64,000 nt of DNA. It comes from Candidatus Poribacteria bacterium (lineage in GTDB: Bacteria > Poribacteria > WGA-4E > PCPOR2b). Positions 39,703 to 48,747 of the stretch are shown piece by piece (position 1 is the first letter of the stretch; the number at the start of each line of letters is the position of its first letter). The DNA lies in contig OZ242326.1 in the NCBI GenBank assembly GCA_965208325.1, positions 3,840,001-3,904,000 of the forward strand, given 5' to 3'. Position numbers and translations under genes: made by a program. Under the pieces are notes generated by a model. The model did not search any database. It was given only the letters and a program-made list of their open reading frames with translations, and was not told where the DNA came from.

Positions 39703-40887
39703 CTACTTCTCCCCGTGCTTGACTTTTATGGCGACAATCGTAAGGTCGTCATTCCGGTGATTCTGCTTTCCACTGAACCTCAAGAGATCTGCCTCGATTG
39801 CATCGCAAAGCATTTGAGCGGATAAATGCTTGTTGGTGTCAATACATTCAATGAGCTTTTCTTCACCGTACAGTATACCATCGTCCTCTCGTTCTGTTTC
39901 TGTAGCGCCGTCTGTGTAAAGAAGTATTCCGTCCCCCGGCGCGAAATGAATTGTCTCAGATTGAAAAGTCGCAAAATCGAAACTGCCGAGTATCATGCCG
40001 CCGGCTTTCAGCGAAGTGATTGTGCTGCCTTCATTTTTCAAATATAAGGGGTAACAGTGCCCCGCATTTGAATAGGTGAACGTCATAGATTCCGTATCTA
40101 AAATCCCATAAATCATCGTCGCAAATAGATCCGGATCGGTATCCGCGAAAAGCAAATCGTTAATTCGCTTTAACGCCGCAGACGGCGAAGATTCTTCGCG
40201 GCATACCAGCCGCAAAGCAGTTCGAATCATAACCATGAGTAAAGCTGCCGGAATGCCCTTGCCGCGGACATCCGCGATGGCGATGCCCAAGTGATTTTCC
40301 GTCAAAGGGATAAAGTCGTAAAAATCACCCGATATTGTCATCGAACTCCGCAGTACGCCAGCGATATCATATCCCGGCAAATCGGGAGATTTTTGCGGCA
40401 GCAACTTTTGCTGGATTATCGCTGCTGTCTTAAGATGGAATGCCAACTGTTCCACGCCGGATTCGCTAAACTGATCGCCCATCGCGCCTATTAGAGGATT
40501 AATATATTTCGTCGGGCGGGTTCGCCCGAGAACGGCTTCTATTCGCGCCGTGAGCTCATCTAGCTGGAAAGGTTTTGTGATATAATCGTCCGCCCCCGAT
40601 CGTAAGCCTTGAATTTTTTCATGGGTTTGTGCCTTTGCAGTGAGCATGATGACAGGGATTGTACGGGTTGCCGCATCCGACTTGAGTCTTTCGATTACCT
40701 CAAAGCCGTCCATCTCCGGCATCATGAGATCCAGTAGAATGAGGTCCGGCGCGTGATCCTTTGCGCATTCCAACGCACTGCGTCCGTCGGACGCAGTTAT
40801 GACGTCGAACCCGTCGGCTGTCAAGCTTGCCTCGACCAATTCGAGGATGTCTATATCATCATCTACGGCTAAAATCGTCTCAGCCAT
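39703..40887 (-). CDS. REC-PP2C (RsbU/RsbP-like) phosphatase
   Basis: REC domain (DD, DLMMP, KPF) plus SGDFYD, IADVRGKG, YTDG, DDLT. Confidence 0.93.
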   Translation of the reverse strand: MAETILAVDDDIDILELVEASLTADGFDVITASDGRSALECAKDHAPDLILLDLMMPEMDGFEVIERLKSDAATRTIPVIMLTAKAQTHEKIQGLRSGADDYITKPFQLDELTARIEAVLGRTRPTKYINPLIGAMGDQFSESGVEQLAFHLKTAAIIQQKLLPQKSPDLPGYDIAGVLRSSMTISGDFYDFIPLTENHLGIAIADVRGKGIPAALLMVMIRTALRLVCREESSPSAALKRINDLLFADTDPDLFATMIYGILDTESMTFTYSNAGHCYPLYLKNEGSTITSLKAGGMILGSFDFATFQSETIHFAPGDGILLYTDGATETEREDDGILYGEEKLIECIDTNKHLSAQMLCDAIEADLLRFSGKQNHRNDDLTIVAIKVKHGEK

Positions 40888-43192
40888 TACCTGTATGCTC
40901 CTGCTCATCGACTTCTGTCAATTTATGCGCGATGGGACTCGACACAGGCAGTACAAACTGAAAATTGCTGCCTCTCCCCTGATCCCCTTCATCAACCCAT
41001 AGCCTTCCGCCGTGTGCTTCAACAATGGATTTTGTGATGGATAACCCCAAACCAGACCCGCCTTTCTGGCGTGTGTGAATATCGCTGCGTTGATAAAACT
41101 TTTCGAAAATTTTCTGGCGTTCTTCAACTGGAATGCCTGGCCCTGTATCAATAACTTCAACATGAAGGAGGTTGCCGTCGACTTTGAGCTTGACGGTGAC
41201 TTCTCCATTATCGGGCGTAAATTTGATGGCATTGCCAATGAGGTTTGTAAATGCCTGACCCATCCGCGCCTCATCACCTATAATTGCTGGAAGAGTTTCG
41301 GGGCTGACAAAATTCAATTGGATAGCCTTCGCATCAGCTTGCGGCCGGATTTCTTCAATGCGATGATTGGCAATCTCCAAGAGCATGATTGGCTCTTGAC
41401 TCATCTGGATACGGCCGGATTCAATCCGAGAAACATCAAGCAAGTCGTTGATGAGTGCTGCCAGCCGCTTCGATTGGCGGTGCACGCGAATAAGGCTGTT
41501 TTGTTGTTTTTCATTGATAGGCCCCGTTTTACCGTCAAGAATAAAGGATACGAAACCGATGATAGAGGTCAACGGCGTTCGAAGCTCATGGGAGACCAGA
41601 GAGATAAAGTCAGATTTCATCTGATCGATTTCCTTTTCTCGCGTAATGTCATCAAAAACATAAACAATGCCAAGCGAGAAACCGTTTTCGTCAAGGAACG
41701 GACTGGCAACCACGCGTACAACCCTTTGCTCGCCGTCGTGGCCTACATTGACTTCAGATATAGCCGAGTTGTCTTGCGAAATCTGGGACTGGCTGTCCTT
41801 GATTACTTGTGTAAGTTCCACATCCCGGATTATTTGGGTGAAATCTTCACCGATCTGATCCACGCTCACGTTTAGTAGAAATTCAGCAGCGGGATTGATA
41901 TGAAGTACGCGGTTGTCACCATCTACAAGAATCAGCCCTTCTGCCAGACTGTTCACGATGGCGGACATCTTTTTCTCCTCTTCAGTCAGTTTGCCGACGG
42001 CAGTTTCGAGATGCTTTCGCATTGAATTGAATTCCTGCGCTAGAACTCCAACCTCGTTGCTGCCGGTGACAGGTATCTTTTGATTAAAGTCACCCTGCCC
42101 CATGGCTCGCGCCGCCCTCGCCACCCGCATAATTGGCGTCACTATACGTTGCGAGACTACCAAAGCGATAATCACAACTACGATGCATGAAACGATTGTG
42201 AAGGTCAAGATGCGGCGCGTGAGTTTTGTGATTTCCGGAAAGGCTAGCCGTTCGGGTTGTGAAACCAAAATTGCCAAGTCAATAAATTTTATACTGCCGC
42301 TGCCAGATGTGTCTTCCCGTGGGGTGCGAGCCCAAGCATAGACTTTCTTTTCGCCTTGACTGTTCCGTTCTCCCTCCATCTCATAACCATGGTCTTCTGC
42401 GCCGGCATTAATGAAATCGAAAACGGCATTGCTAAATTCTATATGATCCGAGAAACCATATCCACTTTCCCGCGCAGCCGCAATTACCCGTCCATGTTTA
42501 TTTATGATGAACGTTTCGATACCCTCAAAAATTTTATCTGCTTTGGACGATGATTTAACCATTTCTGAAAGTTCAGGAATTGTAATGTTGGCTCGGAAGA
42601 CACCAATTACTCTTGAACTTGGGCTCTCAGACCTGCGGATAGGCAAAGCAACCGTCAGAATGTGGCGCTTTTCGACATCGTCGAATTGAAGGTCCTCGAT
42701 GTAATCATAGCCAAGTCCATTATTATAAGCTTTGTGCCACCACTCGTCGTTGATTGGCCGCACAGATGGCTTCTCAGCCGTCGAGATAACTATTTGCCGA
42801 TGGAGATTCGTAATTGTAATTTCGCTGCCCGGCCCGGCGTGTCCTTCAAGCTGCCTTATACTATTTCGCAACGTGGAATTAACACGGCGTAACGTGGAGA
42901 GTTTTGAAGGATTTGACAATTCGTCTCCGTTTGCTTGGGCGACTCTATCGCATATTTCCGGTATGTGGTTTTTGATGTTTTCTAGGCGCCTCTGGATGCT
43001 TAAATGCGCATGATTAAGTTTGCCCTTTGCAAATCGTACTAAGCTTTCAGCAATTGTATTCTTTAGCGCAATCTTACCGTCCCGATGCACCAGAAAGGAA
43101 AATAACAGTAGAGGTATTAGTGAAACGAGCAGAAAAAGTAGTACAAGCTGTCCACGCAAGCCCGTTTTGAGATAAAGAGATTTCATTGTCAT
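40880..43192 (-). CDS. Membrane sensor histidine kinase (extracytoplasmic sensor, HAMP, PAS, HisKA, HATPase)
   Basis: Two transmembrane helices, HAMP, SHELRTPL, NLIGNAIKF, DTGPGI, GSGLGL. Confidence 0.95.
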   Translation of the reverse strand: MTMKSLYLKTGLRGQLVLLFLLVSLIPLLLFSFLVHRDGKIALKNTIAESLVRFAKGKLNHAHLSIQRRLENIKNHIPEICDRVAQANGDELSNPSKLSTLRRVNSTLRNSIRQLEGHAGPGSEITITNLHRQIVISTAEKPSVRPINDEWWHKAYNNGLGYDYIEDLQFDDVEKRHILTVALPIRRSESPSSRVIGVFRANITIPELSEMVKSSSKADKIFEGIETFIINKHGRVIAAARESGYGFSDHIEFSNAVFDFINAGAEDHGYEMEGERNSQGEKKVYAWARTPREDTSGSGSIKFIDLAILVSQPERLAFPEITKLTRRILTFTIVSCIVVVIIALVVSQRIVTPIMRVARAARAMGQGDFNQKIPVTGSNEVGVLAQEFNSMRKHLETAVGKLTEEEKKMSAIVNSLAEGLILVDGDNRVLHINPAAEFLLNVSVDQIGEDFTQIIRDVELTQVIKDSQSQISQDNSAISEVNVGHDGEQRVVRVVASPFLDENGFSLGIVYVFDDITREKEIDQMKSDFISLVSHELRTPLTSIIGFVSFILDGKTGPINEKQQNSLIRVHRQSKRLAALINDLLDVSRIESGRIQMSQEPIMLLEIANHRIEEIRPQADAKAIQLNFVSPETLPAIIGDEARMGQAFTNLIGNAIKFTPDNGEVTVKLKVDGNLLHVEVIDTGPGIPVEERQKIFEKFYQRSDIHTRQKGGSGLGLSITKSIVEAHGGRLWVDEGDQGRGSNFQFVLPVSSPIAHKLTEVDEQEHTGNG

Positions 43193-43202
43193 TTGATGAA
43201 CG

Positions 43203-43547
43203 CTATCCGTCCGGATCAAACGCGTTTATTGCAGATTCTTCGTCCATGTAAATTTCGAGAATAGTATTTAGCCGTGTAACCTGCAAGACATTCATAACAG
43301 CTTTTTGTGGGTTCAGTAAGACAAGCATGCCGCCCTGCTTTTTGAGAAACTGCAAGATGGCTATAATCATTCCAAGCGCGGAGCTATCAAGTAAAGGAAC
43401 GTTTGTCAGGTCTAGAATCAATCGCCCTTCGCTCTTCTCGATCTGCTTATCCATTTCGCGGCGAAGTGCATGTGCCGCATTTCCAAGGATTTTGCCCTCC
43501 ACGCGAAGAATGGGAATGTTGTGCTTACTGATGGTTGTCTCAAACAT
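43203..43547 (-). CDS. STAS-domain anti-sigma factor antagonist
   Basis: LDLTNVPLLDSSALG; ends DEESAI. Confidence 0.9.
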   Translation of the reverse strand: MFETTISKHNIPILRVEGKILGNAAHALRREMDKQIEKSEGRLILDLTNVPLLDSSALGMIIAILQFLKKQGGMLVLLNPQKAVMNVLQVTRLNTILEIYMDEESAINAFDPDG

Positions 43548-44252
43548 CTAATGAAACTCCTTAATCCTTCGTATAGCGACGTAGGTGCGATTGAGTTCGT
43601 CAATTTGGCAGTTTATAATGGATTGGATGCCGCCGTTGAAGAGCTGCAACTTGGATTTGGCGCTCCGAATTTCGGTTTCGACGTTACGCGGCTTATACGC
43701 AATCCAAGTCCCGTCTGGTTTTAGTAACGGCAGGCAGTAAGCTAACGAGTCTGCTATTGAAGCGACATAACGTGTGAGTACCCAATCATAAGCGTTAGCA
43801 TGCTGGCTCATTTCAGCACATTCTTCCGCACGCTCCCCAATAACACATATATCTTCCCAAGTTGCGGCGTCGTCAGATTGCGCATCCCTGCGGAGTTGAG
43901 CAATAAGGTAGTGCAGAAAACTCACCTTCTTCAGTGAAGATTCAACTAGGGCAAGCTGAAGCTCAGGCAGAATAATTTTTATTGGAACGCCTGGGAAGCC
44001 CGCACCTGTCCCAACATCAATCACTGAATCACGCGGATTGATAGAAAAATCGTGAAGCACACTCAACGAATCGAGGAAGTGTTTAACAATAATTCCATAA
44101 TCATCCCGAATTGATGTCAGATTCATTCGCGAATTCCAGCGTTTGAGTTCAGTCCAGTACGTGATATATTGATTAATCTGTAATTCTGTTAGCGGGAAGC
44201 CGTGCTGGAGAAAGGTTTGCTTTAGCAGGATTCGGAAATCATCAGTATTCAC
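43548..44252 (-). CDS. rsmG: 16S rRNA m7G527 methyltransferase
   Basis: WNSRMNLTSI, KHFLDS, DVGTGAGFPG, ES..KK..FL, RAEE. Confidence 0.93.
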   Translation of the reverse strand: MNTDDFRILLKQTFLQHGFPLTELQINQYITYWTELKRWNSRMNLTSIRDDYGIIVKHFLDSLSVLHDFSINPRDSVIDVGTGAGFPGVPIKIILPELQLALVESSLKKVSFLHYLIAQLRRDAQSDDAATWEDICVIGERAEECAEMSQHANAYDWVLTRYVASIADSLAYCLPLLKPDGTWIAYKPRNVETEIRSAKSKLQLFNGGIQSIINCQIDELNRTYVAIRRIKEFH

Positions 44253-44300
44253 TGATTTATGAATTATTGAGTATTAGTTAAAATGTATTGGGGGCACTCG

Positions 44301-46202
44301 TTATGCGATTTTCGCCGTTTGGCTCCGCTGGAATTCCTTTATCCGCACCATCAGGATGGAAATATCCGCCGGTGAAACTCCAGGAATGCGCGACGCCTGC
44401 CCGATGGATGCCGGGTGAATCTTAGCAAGTTTTTCTCGTGCTTCGGTTTTTATTCCGTGAATACTTCCGTAATCAATTTCGTCCGGAATCGGAAGATGCT
44501 CCAGCTTCTTGAACCGTTCAATCTGAAGCGTTTGACGGCGAATGTAACCATCATATTTTATCTGAATCTCCACCTGTTTCTCTACCGCAGTTGGAAGCGG
44601 CCGGATTGGGGGCGAAAGTTGTTTAATCCCTTCATAACTCATCGCAGGGCGCTTCAGCAAATCAGCCAGAGACGTGGGTTTATCTAACCCATCAATTCCG
44701 CACTGTTTCAATTCATCCAACGTCCGAAGGGTTGGGTTGAGAACCGTTTGGTTTATGCGTTCTAACTCCTCTTGAATGAGTAGTTTTTTTTGTTGGAATC
44801 GATTGTACGTGCTGTCATCAACAAGCCCAATGCGACGTCCGATTTCAGTCAGCCTCAAGTCGGCATTATCCTCACGAAGTGCTAGGCGGTATTCCGCACG
44901 GGAGGTGAACATGCGGTACGGTTCACGAATGTCCCTCGTAACGAGGTCATCAATGAGCACACCGATATATGCTTGAGAACGATCGAGGATTAACGGTTCT
45001 TGGCCGCGTACTTTTAAGGCGGCATTGATTCCGGACATTAGCCCCTGCGCAGCGGCCTCTTCGTAACCGGTAGTTCCATTCAGTTGTCCGGCAAAGAAAA
45101 GATTCTCCACACGCTTCGTTTCGAGGTTCGCATAAATTTGCGTTGCAGGGGCAAAATCGTATTCCACAGCGTAAGCAAAACGCAAAATCTGTGCATTTTC
45201 CAGTCCTTTGATGCTGTGCACCATCTCGACCTGAACCGCTTCAGGTAAGCTGGCAGAAATTCCGTTTAAGTAGATTTCGTCAGTATTTCTGCCTTCGGGT
45301 TCAACAAAAATCTGATGGCGGTCTTTGTCCGAAAAGCGCACCACTTTATCTTCGATAGAAGGGCAGTATCGCGGTCCGATACCGACTATTCGCCCGCTGT
45401 ACATCGCAGAACTTTTGATGTTGTCCCGAATGATTTGGTGAGTTTTCTCATTCGTATAGGTCAAATGGCAAGGCATCTGCGCTTGCGAAATTTTTTCAGT
45501 TGAGAACGAAAACGGACGCGGCGGTTCGTCGCCCGGCTGAATCGCCATGACATCGAAATTCACCGTATCTTTTTTGACGCGGGGAGGCGTTCCAGTTTTT
45601 AGACGACTGATTTCAAAACCGAGTTTCAAGAAACTCTCTGATAATTTTTCTGCGGAGGATTCTCCGGCGCGGCCCGCGCTGTAAGTTACTTCTCCCACGT
45701 GGACCAATCCTTTGAGAAATGTGCCTGTGGTCAGCACAACTGTTTTACCCAGAAACGCAGTGTCGGTATGGCTCAGTATACCGATGCACCTTCCGTTTTC
45801 AGTCAACAACTCCTCCACCAATACCGGTTCAATATCGAGACGTACTTGTTTCTCCAACACCCGCCTCATCTCGTGCTGATAAGCCTCCTTGTCAGCCTGG
45901 GCGCGGCTTGAACGGACAGCGGGCCCTTTCTTCGTGTTCAACTGCCGAAATTGGATTCCCGTTTTATCAATATTTTTTGCCATCTCGCCGCCAAGCGCGT
46001 CAATCTCCTTTACCAGATGCCCTTTGGCAAGTCCGCCAATTGCTGGGTTGCAAGACATTTTGGCGATAGTATCCAAGTTGATGGTGGCAATCAATGTCTC
46101 ACAGCCCATTCTTGATGCTGCAAGTGCAGCTTCACAGCCGGCATGACCCGCACCGACAACAATTACGTCGTATTGTTTAGGATAGACAGTCAATAATCTC
46201 AC
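44301..46202 (-). CDS. mnmG: tRNA uridine-5-carboxymethylaminomethyl modification enzyme
   Basis: VGAGHAGCEAA, MSCNPAIGG, KTGTPPR, GPRYCPSIEDK, NGTTGYEEAAAQG, EPYRMFTSRAEYR. Confidence 0.98.
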   Translation of the reverse strand: MRLLTVYPKQYDVIVVGAGHAGCEAALAASRMGCETLIATINLDTIAKMSCNPAIGGLAKGHLVKEIDALGGEMAKNIDKTGIQFRQLNTKKGPAVRSSRAQADKEAYQHEMRRVLEKQVRLDIEPVLVEELLTENGRCIGILSHTDTAFLGKTVVLTTGTFLKGLVHVGEVTYSAGRAGESSAEKLSESFLKLGFEISRLKTGTPPRVKKDTVNFDVMAIQPGDEPPRPFSFSTEKISQAQMPCHLTYTNEKTHQIIRDNIKSSAMYSGRIVGIGPRYCPSIEDKVVRFSDKDRHQIFVEPEGRNTDEIYLNGISASLPEAVQVEMVHSIKGLENAQILRFAYAVEYDFAPATQIYANLETKRVENLFFAGQLNGTTGYEEAAAQGLMSGINAALKVRGQEPLILDRSQAYIGVLIDDLVTRDIREPYRMFTSRAEYRLALREDNADLRLTEIGRRIGLVDDSTYNRFQQKKLLIQEELERINQTVLNPTLRTLDELKQCGIDGLDKPTSLADLLKRPAMSYEGIKQLSPPIRPLPTAVEKQVEIQIKYDGYIRRQTLQIERFKKLEHLPIPDEIDYGSIHGIKTEAREKLAKIHPASIGQASRIPGVSPADISILMVRIKEFQRSQTAKIA

Positions 46203-46246
46203 ACCTCTCCAAGTATTTCGTGGTATTGGTCAGACGGATTTTGCGC

Positions 46247-46275
46247 TTGTAATTTGTGCCGAGATATGTTAAGAT
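46247..46275 (+). promoter_or_regulatory. Putative tRNA promoter
   Basis: TTGTAA-N17-TAAGAT with an extended TG, 12 bp before the tRNA. Confidence 0.55.
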
Positions 46276-46287
46276 AAAAATAAATCC

Positions 46288-46371
46288 GCCGGAGTGGTGA
46301 AATCGGTATACGCACTGGACTCAAAATCCAGCGAGCCTCGGCTCATGTCGGTTCGAGTCCGACCTCCGGCA
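46288..46371 (+). tRNA. tRNA-Leu(CAA)
   Basis: GCCGGAG/CTCCGGC acceptor stem, anticodon arm CTGGA-CTCAAAA-TCCAG, long variable arm, GTTCGAG T-loop; CCA not encoded. Confidence 0.95.
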
Positions 46372-46397
46372 TCGTTGATAACACTGCTGCAAAATTC

Positions 46398-46430
46398 GCC
46401 ATATAGCAAATAACGCTATATGGCTTTTTT
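46398..46430 (+). terminator. Intrinsic terminator after tRNA-Leu
   Basis: GCCATATAGC-loop-GCTATATGGC followed by TTTTTT. Confidence 0.85.
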
Positions 46431-46449
46431 GTTGAACCGAATTACATGA

Positions 46450-47001
46450 TTACGTTTTAACGCTTAGTTCCCGAAGGGCGCCGTCATAACAATTATAAGT
46501 GTCATCATCAAACAAAACGAAGCGGACCTCTTCAACACCTTCGTGCTCCTCAACGAATGCCTTTATCGCCTTGAGTGCGGTAACTGCTGCTCTTTCAATC
46601 GGATACCCGAAAGTCCCCGTGCCAATCGAAGGGAAGGCAATCGTCTTGATGTGAAAATTTAAGGCTGAAGTTAAACTCGCCCGGTAGCAGCTTGCAAGCG
46701 TTTCAGGTTCACCCGAATTCCCGCCGCGCCACTTGGGTCCAACGGTATGAATGACATACTTCGCCGGCAAATATCCCCCCGTTGTGATGACTGCTTGTCC
46801 GGGCGGGCAACCTCCCCGGTAAGCGCGAATATCATTGCATTCCTCCGAAATCGCCGGTCCGCCCGCGCGTCTAATTGCGCCATCCAAACCGCCGCCTCCT
46901 AACAAACTAGCGTTGGCGGCGTTGACGATAGCATCAACGTCCTGAGTGGTGATATCACCCTGCACCACTGTAAAAAGTGTTCGGTTGATTTTCGTTTCCA
47001 T
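46450..47001 (-). CDS. Macro-domain O-acetyl-ADP-ribose deacetylase (YmdB-like)
   Basis: GDIT, DAIVNAAN, GGGG.DGAI, VIHTVGP, AFPSIGTG.FGYP. Confidence 0.93.
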   Translation of the reverse strand: METKINRTLFTVVQGDITTQDVDAIVNAANASLLGGGGLDGAIRRAGGPAISEECNDIRAYRGGCPPGQAVITTGGYLPAKYVIHTVGPKWRGGNSGEPETLASCYRASLTSALNFHIKTIAFPSIGTGTFGYPIERAAVTALKAIKAFVEEHEGVEEVRFVLFDDDTYNCYDGALRELSVKT

Positions 47002-47082
47002 TGTACATTCTCTTCCTTTGGGTTAGCATAGGTATCGGTCTGCGTGTTTTGCGTACATTTTGAACCGCTTGTCCTTACCATG

Positions 47083-48162
47083 TTATATAAACGGTAGAAG
47101 CACCACCGTAGCCTTCACGCGGCCGCTTGGCGTTTCGACTTCCACGTCACTGCCGGCATCCGTTAAAGCAGTCCGCACATACCCCATACCGACGGTTTCT
47201 CCGAGCGTTGGGGAGTTAACCGCACTCGTAATCCAACCGACCTCCTTTTCACCGTTGAAAATGCGGCTGCCCTGTGCCGGTGGGGTGTCGTGGTCAATCT
47301 TGAATCCTCGCAACAGCCGATTCGGGTGGCCGCGATAGTGCATGCGCGCAACAATCTCCTGGCCTATATAGCACCCTTTTTCAAAATCGAGAGCATTATT
47401 GAGCTCCGCTTCTAGAGGTATGATTGCATCGGTCAATTCCGATCCGTATCGGGGAATACCCGCTTCAATGCGCAGTGAGTTCAGGGCGGTCAGTCCCACC
47501 GGGTAAGCCCCAAACTCACGCCCTTTGGTCAGGGCAGCAGCCCATAGCCATTCCATGGATGCCGATGCTGCGTAAAGGTTATACCCAATTTCGCCAGTTT
47601 CGTTTTGCCGGATACACACCATCCATCTGTCTTCCACGCGATGAGCGGCGGTACGATGTTCATGAAGTTCATCAACATTTAGTCCATAGGCGTTTCGGAG
47701 CAGATTCGCCGATTTTGGGCCGTGTATCCCAATCATGCCCGTCCTAGCCGTGACATTCTCTATAACGACATCGTCCGCGATAAGATACTTGTCTAATTCT
47801 TGAGCGAGAATCTGCGTTGTGTCAGCGTTAGTCTCAATGGTGATAGCCTCTTCCAGAACATACACGCTCATGTCCGCTATGAGTTTCCCGCGGTTAGTCA
47901 AGATTGTTGCGTAGTTTCCTTCCCCGACACTAAGCCCTTCAACATCATTGGATATAATCCGATGCAAATATTTCGCGCGATCTTCTCCCGTCAATCGGAC
48001 CCTGCCGCGATGCGAGAAATCAATTATGCCAACCCCGGTTCTAACTGCACGGTGCTCTTCCAGCGGATCGGCATAATAGTCAACCAATTTCCAGCCTTCA
48101 TGAATCTCTTTGAACGTCGCCCCATGAGCGCGATGAGTTTCATACAGAGGCGTTGTTTTCAT
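47083..48162 (-). CDS. GcvT/YgfZ-family folate-binding aminomethyltransferase
   Basis: TPLYETH, D.SHRG, LRIEAG, KGCYIGQEIVAR (YgfZ signature). Confidence 0.9.
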   Translation of the reverse strand: MKTTPLYETHRAHGATFKEIHEGWKLVDYYADPLEEHRAVRTGVGIIDFSHRGRVRLTGEDRAKYLHRIISNDVEGLSVGEGNYATILTNRGKLIADMSVYVLEEAITIETNADTTQILAQELDKYLIADDVVIENVTARTGMIGIHGPKSANLLRNAYGLNVDELHEHRTAAHRVEDRWMVCIRQNETGEIGYNLYAASASMEWLWAAALTKGREFGAYPVGLTALNSLRIEAGIPRYGSELTDAIIPLEAELNNALDFEKGCYIGQEIVARMHYRGHPNRLLRGFKIDHDTPPAQGSRIFNGEKEVGWITSAVNSPTLGETVGMGYVRTALTDAGSDVEVETPSGRVKATVVLLPFI

Positions 48163-48220
48163 ACCTTGAAGTTCCCCGCTGTTCCGTCGGTGGTAGTTTT
48201 CACAAGTGCTTCGTATACTA

Positions 48221-48419
48221 GGGCGTGTTGACATTTTGGTGTTACTAATGCAACATACAACTGTTTAATTCGCCAAAAACCCAAGTCGGGGGCGATGTCT
48301 GACGTATAAGGGCAACCACATGCGTTGCCCCTAAAAGGATTATGTAAGGGCAGGTCTTATGCCTGCCCAGAAACTCAGGTCATGGAGATGGGTTAAAATT
48401 TCCAATTGTCAACAGAACC
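48221..48419. mobile_element. IS5-like MITE copy 3 (reverse orientation)
   Basis: TA|GGGCGTGTTGACA ... TGTCAACAGAACC|TA with internal REP hairpins. Confidence 0.7.
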
Positions 48420-48747
48420 TAGTACGAATCCTCATTATAGCGCACCGTGAATTGAAAATCAAGTCGGCGGCAGAACTTTTCTGTTTTCTCCATCAATCGT
48501 AACCATAAATCGCTAACTCTTCAAATGTAAGAGCGATCTCCGAATCGCGGCTTCTTCGCTCAACCAATATTCAACCCGAAATCCACAGATTTCTCTGCCG
48601 CAGTCTCAGTTTTGAAACCGTTTTTGCGGCATAGTAAAACCGATTTCGTGCGAGTATCGGAAAAAATGTTGACCAACGGGTAGCCAATATACTACCATTT
48701 AACGAGATTTTTGCGGACTAATGGAATTCGTCTAAGCAAGTTTAGGC

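Noticed and set aside
46288..46449. tRNA-Leu as an island integration site
   Set aside because: No integrase nearby and no duplicated tRNA 3' end seen.
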